Positions 12,771-27,100 of a DNA stretch of 64,000 nucleotides are shown here, in pieces. The number at the start of each line of letters is the position of its first letter. Within the stretch, counting starts at the first letter, position 1. Made by a program: the position numbers and the translations under genes. Source of the DNA: the human T2T-CHM13v2.0 reference genome, Homo sapiens. The stretch lies in NCBI RefSeq assembly GCF_009914755.1, contig NC_060935.1. One strand, 5' to 3'. The notes beneath the pieces are model-generated. The model was not told the origin of the DNA. It worked only from the letters and a program-made list of their open reading frames with translations, and did no database searches.

Positions 12771-15700
12771 TGCACAGGAATGGCTGGATGGGTGTGGTGG
12801 TGCTAGGATTGGGGAGGGGTCCTGCAGAAATGGGATAAGAACTCACAGCAAATCAGAGGCAGGGGTGAAGGAGGGAGCCAGGGCTCCGGTGCACAGCAGA
12901 ACTGGGCTTTCATCACAGAAATGGGAAGAGCTCAGGGAGGGCTGTGTCTTGGGAAGAAGAGGACAAGGGTGGCTCTGGACAAGTTGAGCTTGGACTGCGC
13001 ACAGGTCAGGCTGAAATCAGAGAGAACAGATTTGGGGGTTGTTCTTTTCAAGTCCCAGTCCACAGGCTGCGGAGGCGCTGGTTTTCTTCCAGGCATGCTC
13101 GTGGCTGGGTCTCCCTTGGCTGTCCTGGTCACGTCCCAGCCCACTCCTTCTCAGCCTCCAGGTTTCAGAATCAAGGTCACGGTCCCAGAGAAGCCTCCCC
13201 TCCCCTCCCCCAGTTTAATCACCTAAGTAAATCTCTGGGGGCTTTGTGCAAAGATCACTTGGGAGACAGGGGCCTCACCTGTTTTGAGGCCAGTTCATCC
13301 ATCACTACTGTACTCTCAGCCCCAGCACGTGCAAGGCTTAGGACGGGAGAGGGACCCCTCATTCTTTTGCCTCAACCCTTCAAAAAGAGGGAAACTTCAA
13401 AATCTTCAAAAAAAAAGGGGAAGGAGGCAACTCCTTTCCCCTTTTCTTCCTCCCTCCCTTTCCCCAGCCACCACAAGGCTTACAAAAGCAGATCTCTGCC
13501 CTTGGCGCAATCTTGCAAAAGGGACAGAAACCCAGAAAACAGCCTGACCTTTAACGGAAGCATCCCGGAGTTAGAGATGAAAAATGCCCAGCATCCCCTT
13601 TTCTCCTCACCCTAAACTGCCAGTCCTGGAGTCTCCTGGTCTTCAGGTCCCCGCTCACGTGCATCAGCCTTTAACCTCAATTCCAGTTGCTTAAAGTATT
13701 TTTTTTCTTGACACATAGTGCCTGGCACATAGTAGATGCCCAAAGAACATCTGCTGACTGACCTCACCTAAAGCATTTGGGCAGTTACCCACAGGTGCTC
13801 CATGACACCTTCTGGCCAGCAGAAAGGACCTGCAGCCAAGTGAGTCAATGGGTGGGGCAGGTGGCACCGTCAAGGAGGGCACCTGGAGACGCTCTCTGGG
13901 TGGCCATGGGGGCCTGCCCTTCCAGCAGGGAATATTTAGGGGCATCCAAGCAGCCTGTGGGGGAGGGTGGTGAAAGCAGGTCACTAATCTCTCTTGGAGA
14001 TTAAGTACCACACTGGCTTTGGAGACCAGAAACCAGCTGGGGGAGGGGGCAGAGGCCTATGGAGGGCTGTGGAGGGACAGAGGGTGAATCTTGCCTGGGA
14101 GGTGACAGCCCAGGGCAGGGGTAGGTGTGGGGGCTTCTTTTCTGAGGCCTGGGCAGAGCCTAGAAGGATCTCTAGGGTTGTGGGGTGGAAGGAGAAGCTG
14201 AAATTAGGAAGAAAAAACCATCCATGATTTATTAACCAGAGTCACTAATTATTAACCAGTTTGACTCCTGGACTTGAGGCCCCAATTCCTGGCCTCCCCT
14301 AGCTTCCAGAGTGTTGAGCTCCCCAACGTGCCCCGCCTCCCCCCTTCCCCTGCCCCCTCCCCACCCTTACCCCAGACTGTGACTGTCTCCGCCCAGCCTT
14401 GCCCTTATCTCCTCTTATCTCCAGGTGCTCTGGTGGCTGCTACTGAACACCAACCGCTACTCCCAGCCTTGGGGGTGACAGGAAAGAATGGGACCGCAGT
14501 GATTGAAACTTATTTGGGGCAGGAAGCTTGGCCTGGATGACCTGAGGGGCAGTCATGTCCTCTGGCCCACCCAGTCTTCACTTCTCACCTCCTCACCCCC
14601 CGCCCTCTGGAGGGCAGCTCCCATCTCTCCTGGGTTAGCCTCAGAGTTCGGCGAGGGGAGGCACTGTTTGGGGCTACAGTCCTGGGCCCGGCGTTGCTTG
14701 CCAGTGAGATGTCTGATGCCAGGGGGGTGCCAAGGAGCAGCAAGCCTGGGGACTTGGGGAGAAACTCTAAACAGAGTCTCCTGGGCTTTGGGGGCAAGGG
14801 ATGCTGCAGACCCTGAGTGGCCCCCCCCTTGGTATTCAGGACAGAGGCTTCTGAGTTGCTCTGAGGGTACATCGAAGCTCAGATTCTCCAGGGGTAAGAG
14901 ATTCTTTCAGCCATTGCTGCAGGAACCCCAACTCAGTCAGTCCCACCAAAGAAGCAAAGAGGCAGGAGCGGCAGCCTCTGGGTGGGCCCCTTTTGAGGGG
15001 CAGCCAGGGCCTGCCTGGGGGTTGTGTTAGAGCCTGGATGGCACTCATGAGCCACCTGTGGGGTGGTGGCCCCTGGACTTCCAACTGCAGAATGTGCCTC
15101 TGTATCCCAATGCCAAAAGCGGGGTGCCTCACCCTGACACATGCTGTGGCTCGCCCTCCCAGGGCCATGACATGCCACAGAGCCACTGCACCATGGCACG
15201 AAGCAGCAACAGGTGACACGGGAGGCTGCCAGGTCACCCCACCTGCAGGATCCCTGTGATGTACCTCCTTCCACGAGTCACCACACCCATCCCCAAGCAG
15301 CCCCACATCCATCCCCCATGGCGGTGCAGGCAGGTGGGGAGCACAGCCCAGCCCACCGCAGGGTGAACTGATGCAGGCAGAGGGGAATGCTCCACATCCC
15401 CGCTGTCCCCTGCCCTGTCCTGTCCTGCCCACGGTCCCTCTGCATCCTGACCCTCTGCAGTATGCTCCCTCTCCCTGTCCCCTCTCTCCCCATCGCCAAC
15501 TTAATTCCTTAATTCCTACTGGAGATAAGCGGATCTTTCACTGAAATTTATCATTAATCCTAAGGAAAACAGGGGTGGGAAGGGGGTGGGGGTGGGAAAG
15601 GGATAGAGGGAGGTGGGGAAGCTTGGAGGGCCCACCCACACTGCCTCCTCCTAGATCTGGGACAGCTGTGGTGGCTGGGAATCCTAGGCTGACATCCCTG

Positions 15701-16176
15701 GGCGTGGCAGCCCACATATGGAGCTGTTACTGGGGATCTGAGGGGAGCACCTGAGATGGTGAGGTGTGTGAGACTCAGGAGAGGTGAGACGGGGGCCGAG
15801 GCTGTCTGTAAATGCCTGCAGGATCACATGAGCTCCATGCGATTCCAACACTAATGGGAGGGAGCTTCAGGGGGAAGGGGGAGCTGGGGGCAGTCAGGGC
15901 TGTCCTGGCTTCCATGGAGGGTGGTGAGTACCCTGTCAGTGGAGGGATTCAGCTGCAGCTGGAGGATGACCAACAGGCCAGAATGTGGTTAGGGGTTTTA
16001 GGAAGTGAATGGGGTGCTACAGCATTTGATTTCCCTTCCAATGCTAAGACTCCAGGATTCTCTGACATCCTCTCCACCTTCCCCTGCAGGGCAGGGAGGT
16101 ACCTTCAGCTGCAGGCCCAGCTGGGAGGCTCTTTCCAGACCTGGGTCTGGGAGAGGAACAAGTGGGCTCAGGTTAG

Positions 16177-16479
<303 letters not shown>

Positions 16480-17665
16480 TGGGCTCAGGTGTTTAACACA
16501 TCTTTGCAGAATGAAGGAGAATGCAGGCCCCTGTCTAGTGTCACTGTCCCTTCACGTCCAAACAGGATGGCTTAAAGAGACTGAGGCCTGACCCACAAGG
16601 CCCTAGCTCCATCTCTCCACCATCCACCCAGGCCTCAACCCGACTAGCATTCCTGCTTGAAAGAGCTGACACCCTCAGGGATCACCTGCTGTGTGTGAGG
16701 TCAGAGGTCAGAGCGTGGATGCCATGCAGTGCTGGACTGGATATTATGTTTGTTGCTGTCTACAGCTCCCACCTCTGTGCCTGGCACATGTCGAGTGAAT
16801 GCCAGGATGAACCTGTCTGCCTCTCCCACAACACATCCAGGGCAGTGGGATTCCTACAGGGACTGGCACTGGGCGCTTGGGGCAGCCAGAATTCTGCACC
16901 TTGAGTGAAACCCTTGCTTTCCTTTCAGAAGGGAGCACAGGAGGCACCTGCCCAGGTGATCATCTGGGTTGGGGGGGCGGATCTCCAGTAGCCCAGGGGC
17001 CTGAGACTAAGACATACTCTGCTTGCATTGACCACCCTGGAGAAGTCACAGGAGCCCAGCAGAGGGGCTCCCCACAGCGTTCTGGGGCACACACAGCCAG
17101 GAGGGTTCCTGGGCCTGGCTTCCCCAGCCCCAGGGAACGGACCCTCCTTCTCCAGACTGGGAGTCCCTCCCAGTGGTAGCTCACAACAGTCCAGCGGTGC
17201 GAAGGCTTTCTCTGGATCAAGCAAATTATTGCTTGTGCTAAGCACACCACATATGTTATTCGCCCCTTCCAGCCTCTTATCATCTCATCCCATTGTACAG
17301 CTAGGGGAACTTGTTTAGAGAAGACACAGATACACCCGCTGACACAGGTAAGTCATAAAAGACTGAGATCATTTGACTCCAAAATAACCACTGGGTTCAG
17401 TCAATTTCTTGGGGAAAAATAGTCAAACTAGTTGTTTGTGACCCTGTAGACAAAACAATGATCTAAGACTGACCTTCGCCGGTTCTCTAACTGGCGGCTG
17501 GGGGGCAGTGTAGACCTTGCCCGGACAGTCATCATCTTTGATTGGCTCCCCCTCCTTCTCCACCCACCCTTAGTAGCCAGGCTGTGCCCCCAACCCCAGG
17601 AGGGGGGTGAGGGCCCCCTACCTGTGTGTGGGAGAAGATGGCGATCAGAGTCTAATCAGAAGCAG

Positions 17666-17708
17666 GCGCGTGCACACGCGCGCGCACGCACGCACGCACA
17701 CACACACA
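17666..17708. repeat. Alternating purine-pyrimidine (CG/CA) tract
   Basis: 43 bp of unbroken alternation, GCGCGTGCACACGCGCGCGCACGC...CACACA. Confidence 0.85.
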
Positions 17709-19652
17709 GCACGTGACCTCATACACGCACACACACCATAAACCTTCCTCATACACACACAGAGGACATAAAAACACTTGTAAAGAAACACATAAACCAG
17801 CACAGATTATCATTACAGCGCAAACTGTGTACACAAGTGCCGAGGGGCTAGCAGTAATGGAGTGATGGGAGATGAGAGAGGGTAATGGGGATATTTCCTG
17901 GGAAGGGTGTTTGTGAGCAGAGCTTGGGGAGGAGGCCAGAAAGACTCTGCAGCAGCACTGAGAGGTGGGCGCCGAGGACTGATGCTCTCTCCCTCTTCCA
18001 TCATCACCGCCCCTTCAGGACTGGCCACGAGGCCCATCATCTGACCCCTGGGAGGGTGGGGAACGGTGCTGTGGTCAGGGCAGAGGCAGGCCGGGAGCAG
18101 GGGGCTGTCGCACACGTTCCCCCAAAGGCCTATCCATCACGCCAGTGGAGACCATCAGAGTGCTCTGCCGGCCCAGGACACTGATGACTCTCCAGGCACC
18201 ATAAAGACAGGGAATAAATCTGGGAAGTTGCTGGGTAGGAGGGTGCCTCAACGGCAGGGCTGGCCACCCTGCCCGGGAAGGGAGAGGCAGCCCCTCCATC
18301 ATTCTGAGAGATGCAGCAATCTAGGCCAATGAGATTGGGACAGTTCAGGGGGTGGGGGAGGTGGGCAATCACGATAAAATAATCCAGTGCAGTGTGGCTG
18401 CTCCGCTCCAGTGTTATTTACAGTGTTATTTACACTCAGGGAGATGCCTGTCCCTGCCTCCGCTCCAATTTATGCCTAGGAGTTGCTGCAGAAAGCCTCT
18501 GCCACTGATTCAAAACCCTCAAAGGGGCCCGGTCCCAGAGGGCAGAGGAGAGGGACATAAAAGTGGCTAAGCTTGGGAGCCCGGCAGGCACCTGCAGGCC
18601 CGGGGGTAGGGGGGCTCTGGGCAATGCTGGTCCCTTCGTGCTGGCTGGGCAATGCTCCGGCTTGGATGGGAGTCAGGCAGGTCCTATGCCCTCCTTCCTC
18701 CTGTTGCTTCCAAGCACTTCCTAGGTGCAGGGCAGATCCAGCCCCAGGAGCTGATCACATAGCTCTGGCTTGTGTCTGGGCCACAGAGGCCGCGCGGTAA
18801 TTCAAGCTAACGGAGCATGGATAATCTAGAACAGCGGAGGGTCTAGGAGGAATTTCGCTTTGGCGTCGACACAGATCAGATGACTGTTTTGCAGCCGAAT
18901 TACCTTCCTAATTAAGCAAGAGAGTCTGTGAGGCCTGAGCCTGCATGGTGACCTGCAGGGTCAGGGTGTGCTGGGAGGAGCATCACCCTGGGTGACCCTC
19001 GAGAGGACAATCTGCACAGGGACTGTCTGAAGTCAACTCCCAGTCCTCAGCCACAACCCTGGGGAAGGGCTTTGATTTTTCTGCCCCCGTGATCTTCTTC
19101 CCTGGGATAGTTCTCTGCCCTCGCCTATGAAGCTGAGGACGCCTGGACCCAGGATCAATGCCTCTCTCCCCAGCTTGCTGTCCTGATCCTGCCTGGGGCA
19201 GAGGAAGCACCAGCCCTTTCATCCCAGGAGATCAAAGCAGCCGGCCCAGGAGAACACCCTAAATCCTTTTCCCCATCCACACTCCCTAGTAGGGGCCCTC
19301 CCTTGCCATCTTTTGGGATCTCTGGGTGAGGGCAAGAGGGCCTGAAACCTTCCAGAAGTTTAGAACAGGCTCTGGCATAGGATCAGCTTGCTGAGCCCTG
19401 GATCCACCCAGGATCTGGGGCTGGCCTGGGAACACGCGCTGGGGGACCAGGCAGATTCTCTCCGAGGAGCTACTATACCTGCCTCTGGTCTCACCGTGAG
19501 ACATGGTGTGTGTGAGGGGGCCCAAATGGTATCAGTGATGCCCAAAGACTCAGGAGATGCAATAGTGATAACTTCAAGACATTCCACTCTGGCACAGCCA
19601 CATGAATACTCCCAAGACACAACAGTGTCTGTGGCAGGATATACCAGTAATA

Positions 19653-19984
19653 CAGGTTGAATATCCCTTATCCCTAATGCTTGAGACCCAAAGTGTTTCA
19701 GACTTCAAATTTGTTCAGATTTTGTAATATCTGTATACATGAAATGTTATCTTGGGGATGGGACCCAAGTCTAAACATGAAATTTCATTTCTATTTCATA
19801 TACACCTTATACACATAGGCTGAAGGTAATTTTATACAGTGGCTTTAATAATTCTGTGGATGAAATAATGTTTTGACTGCCTTTGGATTGCGACCCTTCA
19901 GGAGGATAAGTGTGGAATTTTCCACTTGTGGCGTCATGTCGGCCTCCAAAAGCTTCGGATTTTGGATTAGGGATGTTCAACCTG
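19653..19984. mobile_element. TcMar-Tigger non-autonomous DNA transposon (Tigger4b/MER46-like)
   Basis: TIRs CAGGTTGAATATCCCTTATCC ... GGATTAGGGATGTTCAACCTG, TA at the left end, and internal CTTGGGGATGGGACCCAAGTCTAAAC. Confidence 0.88.
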
Positions 19985-20214
19985 CGCCAAGACTCTCTGA
20001 AGATTCAGCACTAATAACTCCCCAAATGCATCAGGCATGGACAACTACAACACCAGGTTATCGCTGCACCACTGAAGGGACAGGAATGTGAATAAGAAGG
20101 TGCTATGCAGGGGTGGGAAGAGATTCTGGAAGCAAAGTCTTGTGAGGACTCCAGGCTTAGGAAATGGTCTTCCTCCATCACCTGTCTGCCACCCGCCAGG
20201 AAGAGAGGCAGCTC

Positions 20215-20470
20215 AGCCACATGGTATAAACACGGACATGGGGCCTGACTTCTGGAATCAGAATCCTGGCTCTGCCACTTACTAGCTGCGTGACCCTGGG
20301 CAAGTTACCTAAGCTCTATCTGGGCCTCATTTTTCCATATATAAAACTGGGGAGAACAGAAGTACCTTCCATATGAGTTGTTATGAAGATTAACTAAGTG
20401 ATTACATGTAAGATGTTTACAACAGTGCCTGGCATCCAGGGATTCTCCATACAAGTGTGTTATTATTATC
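20215..20470 (+). mobile_element. MIR
   Basis: GAATCCTGGCTCTGCCACTTACTAGCTGCGTGACCCTGGGCAAGTTACC core. Confidence 0.8.
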
Positions 20471-23400
20471 CTCATCAATGTTTCAAACAAGCAACTGTCT
20501 ATCCACCCAGCATGGCCTACTGGTCCCCTATGCCAGGCCCTGGAGAAACCAAGCCTCATCAGCAATGGAGCTCTCAGTCTTGTGATGAAGATAAATCCCA
20601 GGCCCAAGTGACTGGATAGCAGGATGGAGAGTAATTGTTGGCAGGGGGTGGCATGGATGAGGCGCTGGGGGATTTGAGATGAGAGAAGTTATCCTTAGCT
20701 TGCGGGGGGAGCGGGTCATGAAAGCTTCACAATAGAAGTGGCTCTTGACTTCAGTATTCAGATTTCATATTTATGGGAAATAAGCGGGAATGGGGGAACA
20801 GCATGTGCAAAGGCACGGAGGCAGGAAAGCGCTGGGCATGGAAAGCATGGTGTGCGGGGGAGGGCAGTGGGGGACCAGTTAGGGTGGTGCTGTGCCCCCT
20901 CAGATGTGCTTTAGGTGGATTCACCCAAGGAGCAGTGTGGGCAGACTGGAGCAGCAGACTGAGGATGTGCCACCATCCTCCCCTGCAGTGGGACCCACAT
21001 GACGTGGTGGCAGAGCTGGCTAGGACCAGAGGCACCTCCTCCACTGCCCTTGTCCTAGCACCTGACAGCATTTGTCCACAAGACGCGGGGACTGAGGGAG
21101 AAGGTGCATGGGGCACAGAGAACAGTCACAGCAGCTGCCTCCCCAGTCCTGCCCGGGGCATGTACCCCAGACCAGCTGCTGGCAGGCCCTCACAGGGGCA
21201 CTCCACGAGCCCACGCAATCCTTCAGTCCCCCTTCCTCCACAGCAGGGCAGACTCACATCTGCCCCAGCAGATTGGCGCTCCCATCTCCACTGACTCATT
21301 TGGCAGGCACCTGCGAAAGCGTGGGCTGACCCGTGTGGCCCCCCATGGGAGCACCCCGCGTGAGCCTGTGTGTGCTAAAAGCCAGTTATTTGGGCGTGGT
21401 GCTCATTTTCCTTCACAAGCCTGAGGCATCGAGAAGGGACACGCTTGCCTTGGCTCCTGTCTTGTTTTTCATGGACACCTCCTTCAAGCCATGGCGGCGT
21501 TCTGATGACCAGCAGGTATGCAGGCTTGCAGGGGAGGGACGCAAAGCAGAGGGGAAGGTACAGGCAGAGAGAAGGCTGCCGGTCAGCAGGCACCAGAATC
21601 TGCTAAGAAAGAAATCCTCCTGTCTTTGGTGGGAAGAACCACAAGATGGAATCCAAGGCCCCAGCACAATGACTGAGGACAAGGAACGCGAGCTGGGGAG
21701 GGGTGGGACTAGGAAGCCCCTGCCAAGGCTACCTGCTGGCTCTCCGTAGTGGCTGGCTCTTTCAGCCATCGGTGAAACTCCATCTATAGGTGAGGGGAAA
21801 TGCTTCCTCTCTAGGGTCCCCAACTCCCTACATTTGCTTTTCAGACAGAAAGACAGGCCAAGATTCAGGCCAAGGCTGTTGCGAGGACTCCAGAGTCCAT
21901 CTCTGGTGCTAGGGCGTATATCTCAGAGCACATCCAGATGTACTGAGTGTGGGAGGCTGTTCTGTCCCCTGTCCCCAAGGGCCTTCCTCCATGGAATGAT
22001 GATTTGCTGAGCTTCCACCCAGCTCCTCCCGGAGAAGGCCGGCTCCCCAGAACAGCCCTGGAGGGAGCTGTGTCCTCCTCTTCAGGCAGGGGGCAGAACT
22101 GAGCATCCAAGTGGGTGGGCAGGACACACATTTCCAGCTTTGGGAAGCAAGAATTCCAGGACTTTGTGGGGAGGGACTCCATTTAAGCCCATAGCTTGAA
22201 CTCAGACTCCCAGTGGGACATTCTGGTGCCCAAGGCCACTGGCCTGTTTTGCTGCCTGGGCCACGCCCGCAGCTGTGTCCCAACTCCCGAAGCTGTGTCC
22301 CTGTGGAGCCACCAGCCAGTGGAACTAATGTCCTCTAATGAGATCCAGGCCAGAGTGGCCAGGAGGGTTTTATTGTCTGTGGTTTGGTAATGAGACTCCT
22401 CATAAACTGAGAATGAAATTGGGGTCTGTGCTGACCAGAGTGGGTGGGGGATAGTCCAGGAGAGGGCCAGCCCCCGTGCCTGTCTGCTGCTCTGTCTAGT
22501 CCACACCTGCTCTCTGCTCCGGGCCAGGCCCACACCCTGGCACTGTGCCTGCCTGTGCCCCAGGGCTCCATGCTCACACCTCAGGGGCCCTGCCCATGTC
22601 TCAGCCCAGATACCCAGAGACAGATGCTCCAGGACACTGCTTCCCTGGCCCCCAGGAACGTTCCATTGTTAGGCATCCTCTATTCTACACCAACCTGGGC
22701 TCTGTGGTCAGCTCTGGCTGGGCCACCCTCCAACCTATATCCTCAACTTATTACTCACTTCCCCAGGGAGCTGCCAGGCTCTGCCCTGCTGTAGGAGGCG
22801 TGTGAGCTGGTGGTGGCTGGTAAAGTGGAGGACCGTCCCATGGACACTTTCTAACATCCTACTGGCCTGGTTCATCCTCTTCCGTCTGTCCATTCCCGAT
22901 CTTTTCATCCTTCTGGTTTACTGGATTTGCAGTCAGAAGACCCAGTGTCTAATTTGGCCACAAGAGCATAAGACGGTCAGCAAATTACTAAACCTAGGTC
23001 TTACTCTCCTCATCTCTAAAATGGAACTAATACAACACTAATGCCATTCACATGGGGCTCCTGAGAGGCTCAGCTGAAACTGTGGCTATAGAGTGCCACA
23101 GACAGTATTATGACAATTTGCAAAAGGATTCAGTCTGTAACAGGAGGCTGAAGGGACTTTCTGCCAGTGAGAAGGAGGTGACCCCAGCAGGGATTCTCTA
23201 CCCATCTGGCTGATATCATCTCACGGGGTGAGTGGAGTCCTGGAGGGATGGTGCTGTGGTCCATCTTCCCCTCAAATGTGGAAGTGAAAGAAGGCAGGGG
23301 CTGAGTCCCAGGCCCTCTCTATGGCCACGGCTAGCCTCCAGATGGGCAATGGTGCCCCAGCTGGGCCACAGCCAGGGAGCGAGGCAGGTGCCGGGAGAGC

Positions 23401-23649
23401 CCTCAGTGACAGGCGGCAGAACAAAGGCCACCCAGCACCTGCTGCCTAGGTAGCCCTCAACCACCTCAGCTGAACCTGTGCATTACCCACAGGCAGCCAG
23501 GCTCCCGAGTGGGGGCAGGGACTCGCTTCCCAAGTAGCACCTGGCTGGGGACACGGGAAGTGAGGTCAGCAGTGCGCAGGCAGCTGAGTGGCTCTTTCTC
23601 AAGGGAACACGAGTAGCAGACTCAGAGGGGCCAGGACCATTGAGAGGGA

Positions 23650-24150
<501 letters not shown>

Positions 24151-27100
24151 GGGCCCCAATTTGCAATCTCATGATGCTGGGCTGCCAAGATGGAGTGATC
24201 ATCAGGTTGTAGGGAGAGGAACTGAGCTGTCTGCTGCTCTCCCTCCACCAGGGCCTGGGACCACTGCTGCTCTGCTCTCTCCTGGGAGGCTGTGAAAGGC
24301 AGACCTCCCACTAGCTGCCCCCGCCTGAGAATACATACCTATTGCCTCCCCAGCCCCCACCCAGGGCAAACCTGGGATAATCTATTGCCCTGAAGATTCT
24401 ACAATCTGCTGTCAGAAAGTCTGTCTTTGTGTCCATCTCGGGTCTCTCCTGTTACACTGAGTTCATCTCTCCTTGTGGAATGGGGTGAGGTACAGATATT
24501 ATGTTCCATGTGTTTTCTCATATCTCTTCCCTTTCTCCATCTCCTAGCCCCCAACAGCACGAGAGAATCCAGAGCTTAAAGAGTTAACTGGACTAAAGGG
24601 TGTTATCTCCAGCTCAGGGCATTCCCTCTGCAAGGTGATCTGTGCTCAGATCTTAAGTTACCTCCTGCCCCAGCCAGCACATCTGCTGCTGGCTCTGCAG
24701 ACCTGGTCTCTGTGGACAGCGGTGGGCATCATGGGGAAACGTTTTCTAGTTGGGCTTGGGCACAGGGTGCTGGGCTCCCAGGACCACCCTCTTCCCCACT
24801 CCTTGTCCCTTATTCCCACTTCTTTTTCCAATAAGGGGGCTCCTGCTTTCTGCTGCGTGAACCCAGGATGCTTCCAGGCACACGTATGTTGTCCACCTGG
24901 GCACACACAGCTCTGCAGGGCCCTCATGGAGGACCAAAGCTCATGCTCACACCCTTTTTAATTGCCCAGAGTATGCTACCTCCCCTCCCCACACACACCA
25001 TGATTCTTTTTCTTAAATACCCATGTAGGAAGCAAAGATGCCAAATTAGGAGCTGAAAAACTGCCTCCCTTTGCCCCTCCCAGCCGTTCATGGATCATGA
25101 GAACTCGTGGGGCAGGCCAGGCCCCAGGTAATGCCAGGTTCCAGTGCTGCTATGCCTGCCAGGGAGACAACAGAAGGCTGACAAGAGAGGAATATCTCTC
25201 CCGGTGTGGTCAAGGTCTTCAGCATCTCCCTGCGAGCAGGCAGAGGCCCAGTCTAAAGCCAAGGGCAGAACAGAAAAAGGAAGCATCATAGAGGCTTCCC
25301 ACCCCCCAAAGGACCCGGTAGTGTGTCCTAGAAGAGCTAACCAAGGGCAAATCCTGGGTGCCCTCCCAAAGTCACCCTCACCGACACTCTGACACATAAA
25401 ATAGGCATTCTCAAGTCTGGACCACTCACAGGTCCTAGTCAGAAAACTCTAAGCAGTCAGTTACATGTGACTATACATTCGATGTTATATATTTATGGCC
25501 CTAGTCCCATAGTGACCCACAGACACAAGCACATACACCTTCTACTCCTAGTCCCCATAGATGCACACACACACAGTGAATGGTAGATCACCAACACAAA
25601 CACCAAAGCCCTGTATACCTGTGTGCACACACACACTTTATACTAAAGGTGAGACCCTATGCAGACTGTCAGAAATGTCACAGCTTAAGTTCCACAGCTG
25701 GCTCATGACCATTTTAGCCTGGCACACTGGCTAATGTTTAAAGTTTTTTTGTTTTTTGTTTTTTTTAAATCAGCAAAACAGGTGAATATGCTGACACCTC
25801 TCTGTCTGTCCCTCTCTGAGGTAGGAGGCATTCAATTCACCAGGTTAACCAGGAAGAGATACAATCGGAAAAATTGAAGATACATTCACACCTCCCTTGG
25901 GTATTTTCTGTTTGTGCTGAACAATGAACATTAGTCAGCTGCTAAACAATGGCAGTATCATAGACAGCAACTGGAACTGACCCTCTGCCCCCCAAGCCTG
26001 GTCCACTTGCTCAGTCATCAGCACTAGGGTTCTGGCCGGCTCAACCATCCTGAAAACATACAGCAGAGTCCGGGGGTCAAACAGTAGCCAAGGTGGATTC
26101 ATTGTACAAAGGTGAGTGGCTGAGAAGGGAACCAATAACACTCTTAGCCTCAGCAAGCCTCAGGCAACAAGGGCTACCTGTCCCATATGCTCTGAAGTTC
26201 AGGTTCAAGAGATGCCTTCCGGGCCACTCAGCCAGGGCAACTGGGCCCAAGCTCTGCAGTATGTCCTCTTCCCCTCCAGCCTTGACTACGGAGGCCTAGA
26301 ATCCAATTCCAAGGCACTCCACAGTGCTGCCTTATAAATGGGTAAGGAGATTCCCATTTACACATGCTGCAAACCCCAGGCCAGCAGAATTGGTTTTGCC
26401 ATAATGCCTTGCCCAGCAAGCTGAAGGACACCACTGTATGTGAGAAATAGAGAGAGAGGAAGGAAAATAACCCAATAGCCCCGACACTTGGAATTTCAAA
26501 GACCACATGGCAGCAAGCTCTGCACAAGCTGCAGAGAGAGGCTGCAGAGAGGGGTGTGCTGTGACCCGACAGGTCTTCCGAGGGTGTGCATGACACCTGG
26601 GGTGTGTGTTCTCTTTCCAGACAAAAGGTGTGGGGAAGCCAATTAGGGAGGGTGTGGTGTAGGTGGGACAACAGCTCGACACACCTGCTTCTCAAGCAGG
26701 TCCTCTGCCTCCTCCTAGGGCTCCCCCTATCTCTTTTTGGGATGTAACCCACCTGCCCCACTGACCCTCTCCTCTAAGTTAACAGGAAGAAACTGTGGAT
26801 TGTCATCTCAGGAAACAGAGGCCTTTGGGGCTTCACCACACTGCTTAGTAAAGTCTGTGTTGTTGAAAACATACTTCTGTGTTTACATTTCAATAGCCAG
26901 ATTGGGAGTGTTTTGAAGTTGGGGGCAATCACACACACTCCAGGCCCCTCCCTCTTCCTCTCCTCAAACCCCCAGACCCAGGTTCCCTGTCACAGCCCAG
27001 GAAAACCCTGAAAAGAGCATCAGACTGGCAAGTCCCTAGAGAGACGCTATAGCGGGCAATGGGGAGGAAGCCAGCAGGTGATGCAAAGTAGGGTGTGGGC

